A DNA stretch of 64,000 nucleotides from an uncultured Acidobacteriota bacterium (GTDB lineage Bacteria > Acidobacteriota > UBA6911): NCBI GenBank assembly GCA_963809485.1, contig CAWEJX010000017.1, forward strand, positions 32,001 through 96,000, given 5' to 3'. The notes beneath the pieces were generated by a model. That model saw only the letters and a list, made by a program, of their open reading frames with translations. It was not told where the DNA came from and ran no database searches. This document shows positions 1 to 9,364 of the stretch, in pieces. Within the stretch, counting starts at the first letter, position 1. Every line of letters begins with the position of its first letter. Both the position numbers and the translations under genes were made by a program.

Positions 1-1
1 C

Positions 2-1135
2 CGGCAGGGCGTCTCAAGCGAAACCGGTTTTTTAAAGGAGTGGCCAAAGACAGGCCCGCCCCTGCTCTGGTCCATCCAGGGATTGGGGCAAGGCTATGGC
101 AGTGTAGCCATACAGGGCGACCGCATTTACGTCCAGGGCACCCAGGGCAAAGAAAGCGTCGTTTTCTGCCTGAATCGCGCCGACGGCAAGAAAATCTGGG
201 CGAGACCCCTGGGCCGGGCCCTGGAACAGGACAGGGGGGGCGGGCCGCGCGGGACGCCCAGCTTGGAAGGCGATCGGCTCTATGCCCTTTCGGAAAACGG
301 CGACCTTGCGTGTATCGATGCACAGAGCGGTTCCGTTGTATGGTTCCTGAACATACTTGCTAGGTTTAAGGGGAAAAATCCGAATTGGCACATCAGCGAA
401 TCTCCTCTGATAGACGGCAAAAACCTCATCATCACGCCCGGGGGAGAGAAAGCCGCGATAGCGGCCCTGGATAAAGCCACCGGCAAAACTGTCTGGACCT
501 CCGCAGACCTGAGCGATCCAGCCGCCTATTCTTCATGCATCGTGGCCGATGTTCAGGGCGTCCGCACCATCATGGCTCTCACTTCGGGAGCCGGCGTCGG
601 AGTGAGAGCAAACGACGGCAAACTCATGTGGCGTTATACAAAGGTCTCGAACCGGACTGCCAATATCGCGACGCCGATTTTTTTCAACAACAAGGTTTTC
701 TACACTACGGCCTACGATACAGGTTCAGCCCTGCTGCGATTGAGATCGGAGTACGGACTGGTCAAAGCCGAGGAGCAATATTTCAGCCCAGGCATGATGA
801 ACCACCACGGGGGCGTGATTCTGGTAAACGGCTTTCTCTACGGATTTTCCAACGCAATTCTGACCTGCATGGAGTTTGAAACCGGGAAAGTGCGCTGGCG
901 TCACCGGAGTGTGGGCAAGGGATCGCTTACCTACGCGGATGGCGGTTTATATCTTTTATCCGAGGATAACAAAGTCGGCCTGGCAGAAGCGAATCCATCG
1001 GCCTATCTGGAAAAAGGCCGGTTTGAAATCGCGGATCAGGGCTGGCCCAGCTGGGCCCATCCCGTAGTCTGTGAAGGCAAGCTTTACATCCGCAATCAGG
1101 GAGTGCTTGCCTGTTACAACGTGAAGGCAAAATAG
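2..1135 (+). CDS. PQQ-binding-like beta-propeller repeat protein (5' truncated by window)
   Basis: Frame is open from base 2 (RQGVSSETGFLKEWPKTGPPLLW...); repeated 'LxxxxGKxxW' propeller motifs; C-terminal 'WAHPVVCEGKLYIRN'. Confidence 0.85.
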   Translation, partial: RQGVSSETGFLKEWPKTGPPLLWSIQGLGQGYGSVAIQGDRIYVQGTQGKESVVFCLNRADGKKIWARPLGRALEQDRGGGPRGTPSLEGDRLYALSENGDLACIDAQSGSVVWFLNILARFKGKNPNWHISESPLIDGKNLIITPGGEKAAIAALDKATGKTVWTSADLSDPAAYSSCIVADVQGVRTIMALTSGAGVGVRANDGKLMWRYTKVSNRTANIATPIFFNNKVFYTTAYDTGSALLRLRSEYGLVKAEEQYFSPGMMNHHGGVILVNGFLYGFSNAILTCMEFETGKVRWRHRSVGKGSLTYADGGLYLLSEDNKVGLAEANPSAYLEKGRFEIADQGWPSWAHPVVCEGKLYIRNQGVLACYNVKAK

Positions 1136-1210
1136 CCAAAGCCGGAACAGCGAGTATCCGAGCTTCCGGCTTCGCTTACGGCTTCTCGATGGATAGATAG
1201 CAACAAAAAC

Positions 1211-2632
1211 ATGAAAAAAAAATTCAATCAATCCAAAAATGCGATTACGGGATCCCTTCTGGCGCTCCTGATGGTGCTGCCCATCGCCTCGCAGGATTGG
1301 CCGATGTGGGGCGGCACATCGGGCCGGAACATGACATCGCCCATGAAAAATCTTCCGGCGGTCTGGGATGCAGCCACCGGAAAAAACATCAAGTGGAAAG
1401 CAGGCCTGGGATCAACCTCTTACGGTAATCCCGTTATTTCAGGCGGGAAGATCTTTCTCGGAACCAACAACGACAATCCGAAGAATGCCGAAATCACGGG
1501 AGACAAGGGTATTCTGCTGTGCCTGCGCGAATCGGACGGAAAATTCCTGTGGCAGGCTGTTTCCGACAAATTGGAGCAGGGACTCGACTGGCCCGAACAG
1601 GGAGTCTGCTCTTCGCCGGCCGTTGAAGGCAAGCGGCTTTACTACGTCACCAACCGCGGCGAACTGGTTTGCCTGGACACTGAGGGGTTTCTCGACGGCA
1701 CCAACGATGGCCCTTATAAGGAAGAAACCTACAAGGGCTCGACGGATGCGGACATCATCTGGAAGCTGGACATGATGAAGGAGTTGGGCGTCGTCCAGCA
1801 CAATATGGCTAACTCCTCTCCCGCTATCTGGCAAGACCTGGTTTTTGTCGAGACTTCGAACGGTCAGGACGAAAACCACGAAAAAATCACCTCGCCCCTT
1901 GCTCCCAGCTTCATCGCCGTTGACAAAAATACCGGGAAAGTCGTCTGGAAGGATAATTCGCCCGGAGAACGCATTCTTCACGGCCAGTGGTCGTCGCCGG
2001 CATTGGGAGAAGTCGCAGGAGTGCAGCAGGTATTTTTCCCGGGAGGCGATGGATGGCTCTACGGTTTCGAGGCTCGCACCGGCCAGAAGCTCTGGAGCTT
2101 CGATACAAATCCAAAGGATGCCGTCTGGCCGAAAACCCGCAATTACGTCATCGCCACTCCGGTTTTCCATGAGGGGAAAGTGATTCTGGCTGTCGGGCAG
2201 GATCCGGAAAACGGCGAAGGCATCGGGCACATGTACTGTATCGATCCGTCCAGGCGGGGCGTGATCACCGAAAGCGGGCTTGTATGGCATTATGACAAGA
2301 TCCGCCGGTCCATCTCAACCGCGGCAATATCCGATGGCCTGGTTTATGCTTCAGATTACACCGGATTCCTTCATTGCCTGGACTTTCAAACCGGGAAGCC
2401 TTATTGGACGTACGATATGCTTGCAGCAATCTGGGGTTCCCCATTCGTGGCAGACGGGAAAGTTTACCTCGGGGACGAGGACGGGGATGTCGTGGTTTTC
2501 CAGGCCGGCAAAGAGCTCAAAAAGTTGTCGGAGATCAACATGGGCAGCGCAATATACGGCACGCCCGTGGCCGCGAACGGGGTGCTGTACATCATGAACC
2601 GCATGGAGCTCTATGCCATCCAAAATCAATGA
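1211..2632 (+). CDS. Exported PQQ-binding-like beta-propeller repeat protein
   Basis: Signal peptide followed by 'QDWPMWGG...RN'; multiple 'DxxTGKxxW' repeats. Confidence 0.85.
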   Translation: MKKKFNQSKNAITGSLLALLMVLPIASQDWPMWGGTSGRNMTSPMKNLPAVWDAATGKNIKWKAGLGSTSYGNPVISGGKIFLGTNNDNPKNAEITGDKGILLCLRESDGKFLWQAVSDKLEQGLDWPEQGVCSSPAVEGKRLYYVTNRGELVCLDTEGFLDGTNDGPYKEETYKGSTDADIIWKLDMMKELGVVQHNMANSSPAIWQDLVFVETSNGQDENHEKITSPLAPSFIAVDKNTGKVVWKDNSPGERILHGQWSSPALGEVAGVQQVFFPGGDGWLYGFEARTGQKLWSFDTNPKDAVWPKTRNYVIATPVFHEGKVILAVGQDPENGEGIGHMYCIDPSRRGVITESGLVWHYDKIRRSISTAAISDGLVYASDYTGFLHCLDFQTGKPYWTYDMLAAIWGSPFVADGKVYLGDEDGDVVVFQAGKELKKLSEINMGSAIYGTPVAANGVLYIMNRMELYAIQNQ

Positions 2633-2772
2633 CGAATTACTAATTACGAATTACGAATGGACTCATACCGCCAGGAACCCGGTTGGTCCGGCCGTTCCGA
2701 ATAGTAGATTCAGCACCAGCCACCTATCCCGTATGGTTCAATTCGTCATTCGTCATTCGTCATTCGTCATTC
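2628..2772. repeat. Inverted pair of heptamer tandem arrays (ACGAATT-like / ATTCGTC x4.5)
   Basis: Degenerate ACGAATT units at 2628-2659; perfect ATTCGTC x4.5 at 2741-2772 in the opposite orientation. Confidence 0.8.
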
Positions 2773-3848
2773 TGTTCCTGTGTTCCGCTCTGGCCGCCGA
2801 TTTAGCTCCGGCAGGATGGCCGATGTTCCGCGGTTCGCCTTCACTCACAGGCGCAACCGATGTTGATCTGCCGAAACCGCTCAAGCTGCGCTGGGAATTC
2901 CGGGCAAAGGATTCCATCGAATCCTCTGCAGCCATCTCCGGGGGCCTGGTGTACGTTGGATCGATGGACAGTTCCCTCTATGCCGTGGATCTTGCCACCG
3001 GGAAGATGCGCTGGCGCTATGCCACAGCCGGACCCGTGCAGGAATCCTCGCCCTGCGTCGGGAACGGGATGGTCTATGTCGGCGACCTCGAGGGAATTCT
3101 CCACGCGGTCGACGCGGCAACGGGGAAGGGCCGATGGACATTCAAGGCCGAAAGCGAAATCAAATCATCGCCCAATTGCGCAGGCGACAGGGTCTATTTC
3201 GGGTCCTACGACCAGAATCTCTATTGCCTCTCCGCCAAAACCGGCGCCCTGATATGGAAATACACCACGGATGGCCCGGTGCACTGTACTCCTGCCCTCG
3301 ACCGGGGCCGCGTTTACGTTTCCGGGTGCGATGAAAACCTCAGGGCCATCGATGCGGCAACCGGAAAGCAGATATTCGCCCTGCAGCTTGGCGGCTATAC
3401 CGGCGCTTCCGCCGCAATACGGGATAACGCCGTTTACGTCGGTACCTTCGCCAACGAAGTGCTTGCCATAGATCTCGGCAGCAAGGCTACCCGGTGGACC
3501 TACAGGCACCCGAGCCGCAGTTTCCCTTTTTATTCCTCGGCAGCCGTGACGGCAGTCCGCGTCGTCCTGGGAGGAAGGGATAAACTTGTGCACTGCCTGG
3601 AGAGATCCACCGGAAAGCAGATCTGGACATTTCCGACGCGAGCCCGGGTCGAGTCTTCTCCCCTCATTGCCGGAAACCGTGTTTTTGTCGGATCGAATGA
3701 CGGGCTCCTGTATGAGCTGGACCTGGCAAGCGGCCAAAAAAACTGGGAGTTCACGGCCGGCGCCCCGCTGTCGGCATCGCCCGCCGCTGTCCGGGGATTC
3801 CTCGTCATCGGATCTCAGGACGGCGTGCTTTACTGCTTTGGGAGCTGA
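2733..3848 (+). CDS. Exported PQQ-like/BamB-like beta-propeller protein
   Basis: ATG at 2733 gives a signal peptide then 'GWPMFRG'; regular 'SSP...VYxGS.D..LYAxD..TGK..W' repeats. Start position is inferred. Confidence 0.85.
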   Translation: MVQFVIRHSSFVILFLCSALAADLAPAGWPMFRGSPSLTGATDVDLPKPLKLRWEFRAKDSIESSAAISGGLVYVGSMDSSLYAVDLATGKMRWRYATAGPVQESSPCVGNGMVYVGDLEGILHAVDAATGKGRWTFKAESEIKSSPNCAGDRVYFGSYDQNLYCLSAKTGALIWKYTTDGPVHCTPALDRGRVYVSGCDENLRAIDAATGKQIFALQLGGYTGASAAIRDNAVYVGTFANEVLAIDLGSKATRWTYRHPSRSFPFYSSAAVTAVRVVLGGRDKLVHCLERSTGKQIWTFPTRARVESSPLIAGNRVFVGSNDGLLYELDLASGQKNWEFTAGAPLSASPAAVRGFLVIGSQDGVLYCFGS

Positions 3849-3854
3849 AGCTAT

Positions 3855-5144
3855 ATGCGGATTGCCTGCATCACGGCCGGGGCGGGAAGAATGTACTGCG
3901 GGAGCTGCCTGCGCGACAACGCCCTCGCCCGCGCCTTGATGGACGCAGGCCACGACGTGATTTTGATTCCCACTTACACGCCGACGCGTACCGATGAGGA
4001 CAATGTCAGCACGCACCGCGTTTTCATGGGCGGAATCAACGTATATCTCCAGCAGCGCTTCAAGGCCTTGCGCAGGTCCCCGCGATTTCTCAGCCGGCTC
4101 CTGGATTCGGGCCCGCTGCTGCGGCTTGCCACCCGCTCCGGCATAAGCGTGAATCCGGCCGCCCTGGGAGAACTTGCGGTCTCCATGCTGAAGGGCACCC
4201 ACGGGTCCGTACGCGGAGAAATTCAGGAACTGGTGGGATTTTTGAGCGGCGAAATTTCACCCGAAATCATCAATCTTCCAAATTCCATGCTCATCGCGCT
4301 GGCGCCGGCTCTAAAGGCTTCTTTGAACGTGCCGGTATGCTGCACTTTCCAGGGGGAGGATTTATTCCTGGATGGGCTCCCTGAGGTTCACCGCAAGGAA
4401 TCAATCCGGCTTATTCGCGAGCATGCGGATGCCGTCGACGCATTCATAGCCGTAAGCTATTTCGGCGCCCGCCGTATGGCGAACTATCTCGGGATCAACA
4501 TCAACCGCATCCGCGTCGTTCCCCTGGGCATCAATTTCGACGGCTTTGAGCCCGCGGACCGGAAGGACTCCGAACCATTTACCATCGGCTACCTGGCACG
4601 GATCAGTCCCGAGAAAGGGCTGCACTTCCTGTGCGAAGCCTATCGCCGCCTGAGGCTTCTCAACGGCAGGAGCGCCAGCCGCCTGTGGGCCGCGGGATAC
4701 CTGGCCCCGGATCATAAATCCTATCTTTCGGGCATCCGGAAAAATCTGGCTTCCTGGGGGATTTCGGATCATTTCAGCTATCATGGCGAACTCGACAGGC
4801 GCGAAAAACTGGATTTCCTGAGAAATACAAGCGTCTTCTCGGTACCCACACCCTACGCCGAGCCCAAAGGATTATTCCTGCTTGAAGCCATGGCCGGCGG
4901 CATTCCCGTGGTTCAGCCGCGGCGCGGGGCCTTTACGGAAATGATCGAAACGACCGGCGGCGGGCTCCTGGTCGAACCGGACAACCCGGACGCGCTGGCG
5001 GAGGGGTTGCTGGAGCTTTGGAAAAATCCCGAAAAAAGAGCGGAAATGGGCGCAAGGGGATATCACGGAGTGCGCGAGAATTACAGCACGGCGCAAATGG
5101 CGGAAAAGGCTTTGCAGATCTATCGCATGCTTATAAAACGGTGA
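3855..5144 (+). CDS. Glycosyltransferase family 4 (GT-B) with N-terminal CxxC
   Basis: 'IGYLARISPEKG' and 'EPKGLFLLEAMAGGIPVV' GT4 motifs; N-terminal 'MYCGSCLRD'. Confidence 0.9.
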   Translation: MRIACITAGAGRMYCGSCLRDNALARALMDAGHDVILIPTYTPTRTDEDNVSTHRVFMGGINVYLQQRFKALRRSPRFLSRLLDSGPLLRLATRSGISVNPAALGELAVSMLKGTHGSVRGEIQELVGFLSGEISPEIINLPNSMLIALAPALKASLNVPVCCTFQGEDLFLDGLPEVHRKESIRLIREHADAVDAFIAVSYFGARRMANYLGININRIRVVPLGINFDGFEPADRKDSEPFTIGYLARISPEKGLHFLCEAYRRLRLLNGRSASRLWAAGYLAPDHKSYLSGIRKNLASWGISDHFSYHGELDRREKLDFLRNTSVFSVPTPYAEPKGLFLLEAMAGGIPVVQPRRGAFTEMIETTGGGLLVEPDNPDALAEGLLELWKNPEKRAEMGARGYHGVRENYSTAQMAEKALQIYRMLIKR

Positions 5145-5166
5145 CGAATAGGCAGGAAATAAACGG

Positions 5167-5240
5167 GTAATCCCTCAGCTCTGCTGGGGACTCACAGAGT
5201 TTGACAGTTTCAGGATCATTGAACGCTGACGAACGCCGAA
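5167..5240 (+). repeat. IS200/IS605-like end remnant followed by ACGCTGAC units
   Basis: Hairpin plus 'GGGGACTCACAGAGTTTGACAGTTTCAGG'; close inverted copies at about 11630-11699 and 63113-63160. Confidence 0.6.
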
Positions 5241-5248
5241 AGGATCCC

Positions 5249-5926
5249 ATGCTTGAAGCACACAATATTTCCAAAAAATATCCCATGGCGGACGGACAGT
5301 TGGGTGTGCTGTCGGATGTCAGCATCCGCCTGAGTGCAGGCGACGCCATTTCCATAACAGGCCCATCAGGGAGCGGCAAGAGCACGCTTCTTTACATCCT
5401 GGGCGCGCTCGAACCTCCCACGGAAGGGACCGTTCTGCTTGACGGTGTGAATCCCTATGAACTGGATGAGCGAGGCGTCTCCGCATTTCGCAACCGGAAA
5501 ATCGGCTTTGTATTTCAGGATCACCACCTGCTTCCGCAATGCACGGTGCTGGAAAACGTCCTGGTCCCGACCCTGCCCGCCCCACCGGATGGTTCCGCCG
5601 AACCGCGGGCCCTGGACCTGCTCGGCCAGGTCGGATTGCGTTCCCGGCTACACCACCATCCGCACGAGTTATCCGGGGGCGAAAAGCAGCGCGTCGCGCT
5701 GGCCCGCGCCCTCATGATGAAACCCGACCTCGTTCTTTGTGACGAGCCAACCGGGAACCTGGACCGCGACTCCACGGAGTTGGTTACGGAGCTATTGCTC
5801 AATCTCCACAAGCAGAGGCAGGACATTCTGATTGTTGTTACGCACAATCCGGAGGTGGCTGCAAAATTCAGCCACAGGTACCGGCTCAGCGAAGCCCGCC
5901 TGCAGCCGGAGGGCGCGGGCTCCTAG
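5249..5926 (+). CDS. ABC transporter ATP-binding protein (LolD/MacB-like)
   Basis: Walker A GPSGSGKST, signature LSGGEKQR, 'CDEPTGNLD', H-loop VTH. Confidence 0.95.
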   Translation: MLEAHNISKKYPMADGQLGVLSDVSIRLSAGDAISITGPSGSGKSTLLYILGALEPPTEGTVLLDGVNPYELDERGVSAFRNRKIGFVFQDHHLLPQCTVLENVLVPTLPAPPDGSAEPRALDLLGQVGLRSRLHHHPHELSGGEKQRVALARALMMKPDLVLCDEPTGNLDRDSTELVTELLLNLHKQRQDILIVVTHNPEVAAKFSHRYRLSEARLQPEGAGS

Positions 5927-5942
5927 CCTGCAGGAGTGATCC

Positions 5943-8900
5943 GTGAAGCTGAAACAACTACTATTTCGCAACCTTTTTTATTACTGGCGAACCAATTTAG
6001 CCGTCGTCGCAGGAGTGGCAACCGCAGCCGCCGTCCTTTCCGGCGCGCTTCTGGCAGGCCAATCGGTGCGCGAGAGCCTGCGCCGCCTGCTTTTTGAGCG
6101 GATCGGCGCAACCGGATACGTAGTAACCACGAATGATTTTTTCGGTGAAAACCTGGCGGCAGCGCTCGCCGCTCCGGGCGGCAGCTGTCCGATCATTTAT
6201 CTTAAAGGAGTCCTGACGCTCGAAAAAAGCGGCATTCAAGCGTACGACGTCAACGTTTACGGCATTGACGAGAGGTTCTGGAGATTTCAGGGAACGGAAG
6301 GTCCGGCATTGGCAGAAAGCCGTGGAGGATACATCGGTTCCAGCCTGGCGCGGTATCTGGATGCCGCCCCGGGCGATGCGATGTTATTGAGGATTGAGAC
6401 CAAACAGGCTATCCCGAGAGAATGGCTTTATGGGCAGCGCGACGCAGTCGGGAAAACCATGCGGCTGGATTGCGCCGGCATCATCCCCGCGAACCGGCTG
6501 GGCGAGTTTTCGCTGCGCCCTACGCAGGGAAACGTCTATTCGATTTTCGTACCGTCGAAGCTGCTCCAAAGAGAGCTCGAGCAGCCTTCGCGGATCAATA
6601 CCATCCTCTTGGGCGCGCAGGCTCAAAAGGAAGGGCCCGCTTCGGTTTCGAACACGCTGAAATCCGCCCTCTCTCTTCAGGATCTGGGTTTAACGCTTAG
6701 ACCCGCGCCCGCAGGAGACGCATTTTCGCTGGAAAGCAATCGCATCATTCTGGACGATGCCCTGGCGGAAGAGGCGCTGAAGGCCGCCTCGCATTTGGGC
6801 ATGGACGCTTCGCCGGTCTACACCTACCTGGTGAATTCCATCCGCGCAAAGGACCGGGAGATCCCCTACTCCATAATCTCTGCGGTCGACCTCGGCAAGG
6901 GCGCCATGGCGTCCATTCATGCCCTGAAGCGCGCAGACTCTCAAAGGGTGCCCGCTGATTCCGGCAACCCGATATGGCTCACAGACTGGGCTCAGCGGGA
7001 TCTCGGCATTACCGAAGGCGAACCTCTGGAAATCGACTATTACTTCTGGCTGGACGAGGGAAACCTGGTAACGCGGACCGCCCGCTTCCGCCTGGCAGGC
7101 GTCGTTCCAATCGCCGGGCCTGTTGATACGGCGCTGGCTCCTGAAATTCCCGGCATAACCCTAACCGACAGCATTCACTCGTGGAACCCTCCGTTCCCAA
7201 TGGATCTGAGCCGCATTCGCACGAGGGACGAGGATTATTGGGATCGATACCGGGCGACACCCAAAGCCTTCATCCCGCTGGCAAAGGGACAGGAACTCTG
7301 GGCCAACCGATTCGGCAAATTGACGGGAATTCGCGTTTCCGTACCCGGAGGCGAGAATCTCGAATCCGCCCGGAAGCGGATTGCACAGGCCTTGCTCGAC
7401 GGCTTGGATGCAGACAAGGCTGGCTTCAGGATAAACGCAGTTCGGGACCTGGGTTTGACGGCCTCACAAGGGTCAACGGACTTCGGGGAATATTTTGCCT
7501 ATTTCAGTTCGTTTCTGATTGCGGCCGCCATTCTTCTTTCGGCTTTGTTTTTCCGTTTGATGACAGAGCAGCGCGTGCGGGAGATCGGGATTCTCCGGGC
7601 TGCCGGATACTCAATAAAAATGCTGCGGCGCATCCTGTTCACCGAAGGTGTGATTTTATCCCTCGCCGGCATCGTCATTGGGTTGCTGGGATCGATTGCC
7701 TACGGATGGTTCATGGTTTACGGGTTGCGCACTTTCTGGACCGGGGCGGTCGGGACACAGCGTCTTTACCTGCACATTTCGTGGGCTTACCTGGCTATCG
7801 GCGCTTTTGCGGGATTGGCTTTCTCTCTCGGGACCATCGCATGGACGCTGCGGGACCTGTGGAGGAATTCGCCCCGTATGCTGCTGACGGGCGTTGTCGA
7901 ATCGTCAGCGCTCAGAACACGCCGGGCACGGTTCTCGGGAATCGTTTCCGTCATTTCCCTGCTGGCCGCGGCGATTCTGATCGCGGGTTCATTCTGGAAG
8001 AAAATTCCGCAGATCGAGGCCTTCTTCGGTGCAGGATTCCTGCTGCTTATCTCAATTCTCTGCCTGACTGCCTTGTACCTGCGCGGAAATCGATCACGCC
8101 TGTTACGCGGTAACGGCTGGACCGCATTCTTCCGCTTCGGGATGCGCAACGCCATGCACCGGCCGGCCCGCAGCCTGCTGTGCGCGTCCCTGATTGCCTC
8201 GGCAACATTTTTGATCATTTCCATGGAAGCGTTCCGCCGGGATCTTCAGCAGATCTCGCTGGAGCCAAAATCCGGCACCGGCGGATATCCGCTGGTAGCC
8301 GAAACGCAAATTCCCGTTGTCTATGATCCTAACAGCAAAGAAGGTATGGAGGCTCTCGGGCTTGACACGCTGGACGCTTCAGACAAAGAAAGCCTGAAGT
8401 TTGTTTCCTTCCGCGAACGCCCCGGGGACGACGCCAGCTGCCTGAATCTGTACGCGCCCCGGGAACCCAGAATCCTGGGAGCGCCGCGATCCTTCCTGTC
8501 GGCCGGAAGGTTTGTCTTTCAGGATTCGCTCGCCGCGACGCCAGAGCAGAAGCGCAACCCGTGGCTGCTGCTCGATTCCCCCGCTGACGGCGGGGCGATT
8601 CCCGCAATCGCGGATGCAAACACGATTCAGTACATACTCCACCTCTCTGTCGGCAGCGAGCTTACCGTGCCGGGGGCAAAGGGGAATCCTGTTCGCCTGC
8701 GTCTTGTCGCTTCGTTGAGTGACAGCATATTTCAGGGGGAACTGCTGATTTCGGAGGCCAATTTTATGCGCGCATTCCCCGATTACGAAGGATATCGGTT
8801 CTTCCTTCTGGACGCCCCGGAAAGCGCGGCTGAATCGCTGACGCAGCCGCTCAAGCAGGCTCTGGCCTACTGGGGCATCCGCCTGGAATCTTCCCGGGAT

Positions 8901-9311
8901 CGGCTGCGGGCATACAGGCAGGTGGAAAACACTTACCTGTCCACATTCCAGTCGCTCGGCGCGCTCGGCCTCATTCTGGGGACGATAGGGCTTGCGGCCG
9001 TTCTCCTGAGAAATGTGCTCGAGCGCCGGCAGGAACTGGCTCTCCTGCGCGCCGTAGGATACCGCCAGAAGATTTTGTCCGGCATCGTACTTTCCGAACA
9101 CCTTGTCCTATTGATCTGGGGGCTGGTTTCCGGAGCAGTCTGCGCAATGCTGGCCGTCGCGCCGGCCCTGTACGCACGGGGCTCCTCTTTCCCCTTCCTG
9201 GCTTCTGCCATGACCCTATTGCTGGTATTGACCGTGGGAGCGGTTTCCTCGATACTTGCAGCGATTGCCGCCTTCCGCTCCCCGCTCCTGTCTGCCCTGC
9301 GCAGCGAGTGA
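5943..9311 (+). CDS. Double FtsX-type ABC transporter permease
   Basis: 1122 aa; two FtsX TM modules ('EQRVREIGILRAAG', 'ERRQELALLRAVG') with large periplasmic domains. Confidence 0.9.
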   Translation: MKLKQLLFRNLFYYWRTNLAVVAGVATAAAVLSGALLAGQSVRESLRRLLFERIGATGYVVTTNDFFGENLAAALAAPGGSCPIIYLKGVLTLEKSGIQAYDVNVYGIDERFWRFQGTEGPALAESRGGYIGSSLARYLDAAPGDAMLLRIETKQAIPREWLYGQRDAVGKTMRLDCAGIIPANRLGEFSLRPTQGNVYSIFVPSKLLQRELEQPSRINTILLGAQAQKEGPASVSNTLKSALSLQDLGLTLRPAPAGDAFSLESNRIILDDALAEEALKAASHLGMDASPVYTYLVNSIRAKDREIPYSIISAVDLGKGAMASIHALKRADSQRVPADSGNPIWLTDWAQRDLGITEGEPLEIDYYFWLDEGNLVTRTARFRLAGVVPIAGPVDTALAPEIPGITLTDSIHSWNPPFPMDLSRIRTRDEDYWDRYRATPKAFIPLAKGQELWANRFGKLTGIRVSVPGGENLESARKRIAQALLDGLDADKAGFRINAVRDLGLTASQGSTDFGEYFAYFSSFLIAAAILLSALFFRLMTEQRVREIGILRAAGYSIKMLRRILFTEGVILSLAGIVIGLLGSIAYGWFMVYGLRTFWTGAVGTQRLYLHISWAYLAIGAFAGLAFSLGTIAWTLRDLWRNSPRMLLTGVVESSALRTRRARFSGIVSVISLLAAAILIAGSFWKKIPQIEAFFGAGFLLLISILCLTALYLRGNRSRLLRGNGWTAFFRFGMRNAMHRPARSLLCASLIASATFLIISMEAFRRDLQQISLEPKSGTGGYPLVAETQIPVVYDPNSKEGMEALGLDTLDASDKESLKFVSFRERPGDDASCLNLYAPREPRILGAPRSFLSAGRFVFQDSLAATPEQKRNPWLLLDSPADGGAIPAIADANTIQYILHLSVGSELTVPGAKGNPVRLRLVASLSDSIFQGELLISEANFMRAFPDYEGYRFFLLDAPESAAESLTQPLKQALAYWGIRLESSRDRLRAYRQVENTYLSTFQSLGALGLILGTIGLAAVLLRNVLERRQELALLRAVGYRQKILSGIVLSEHLVLLIWGLVSGAVCAMLAVAPALYARGSSFPFLASAMTLLLVLTVGAVSSILAAIAAFRSPLLSALRSE

Positions 9312-9364
9312 TAGAGCAAAAGGGACAGTCCAAATTGAAGGAGAGGGTGAACGGAAAAACCAGT

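Noticed and set aside
2-3848. Calling the propeller proteins PQQ alcohol or glucose dehydrogenases
   Set aside because: They are shorter than classical quinoproteins and lack recognisable active-site motifs such as the vicinal CC and WDYD-type metal ligands.
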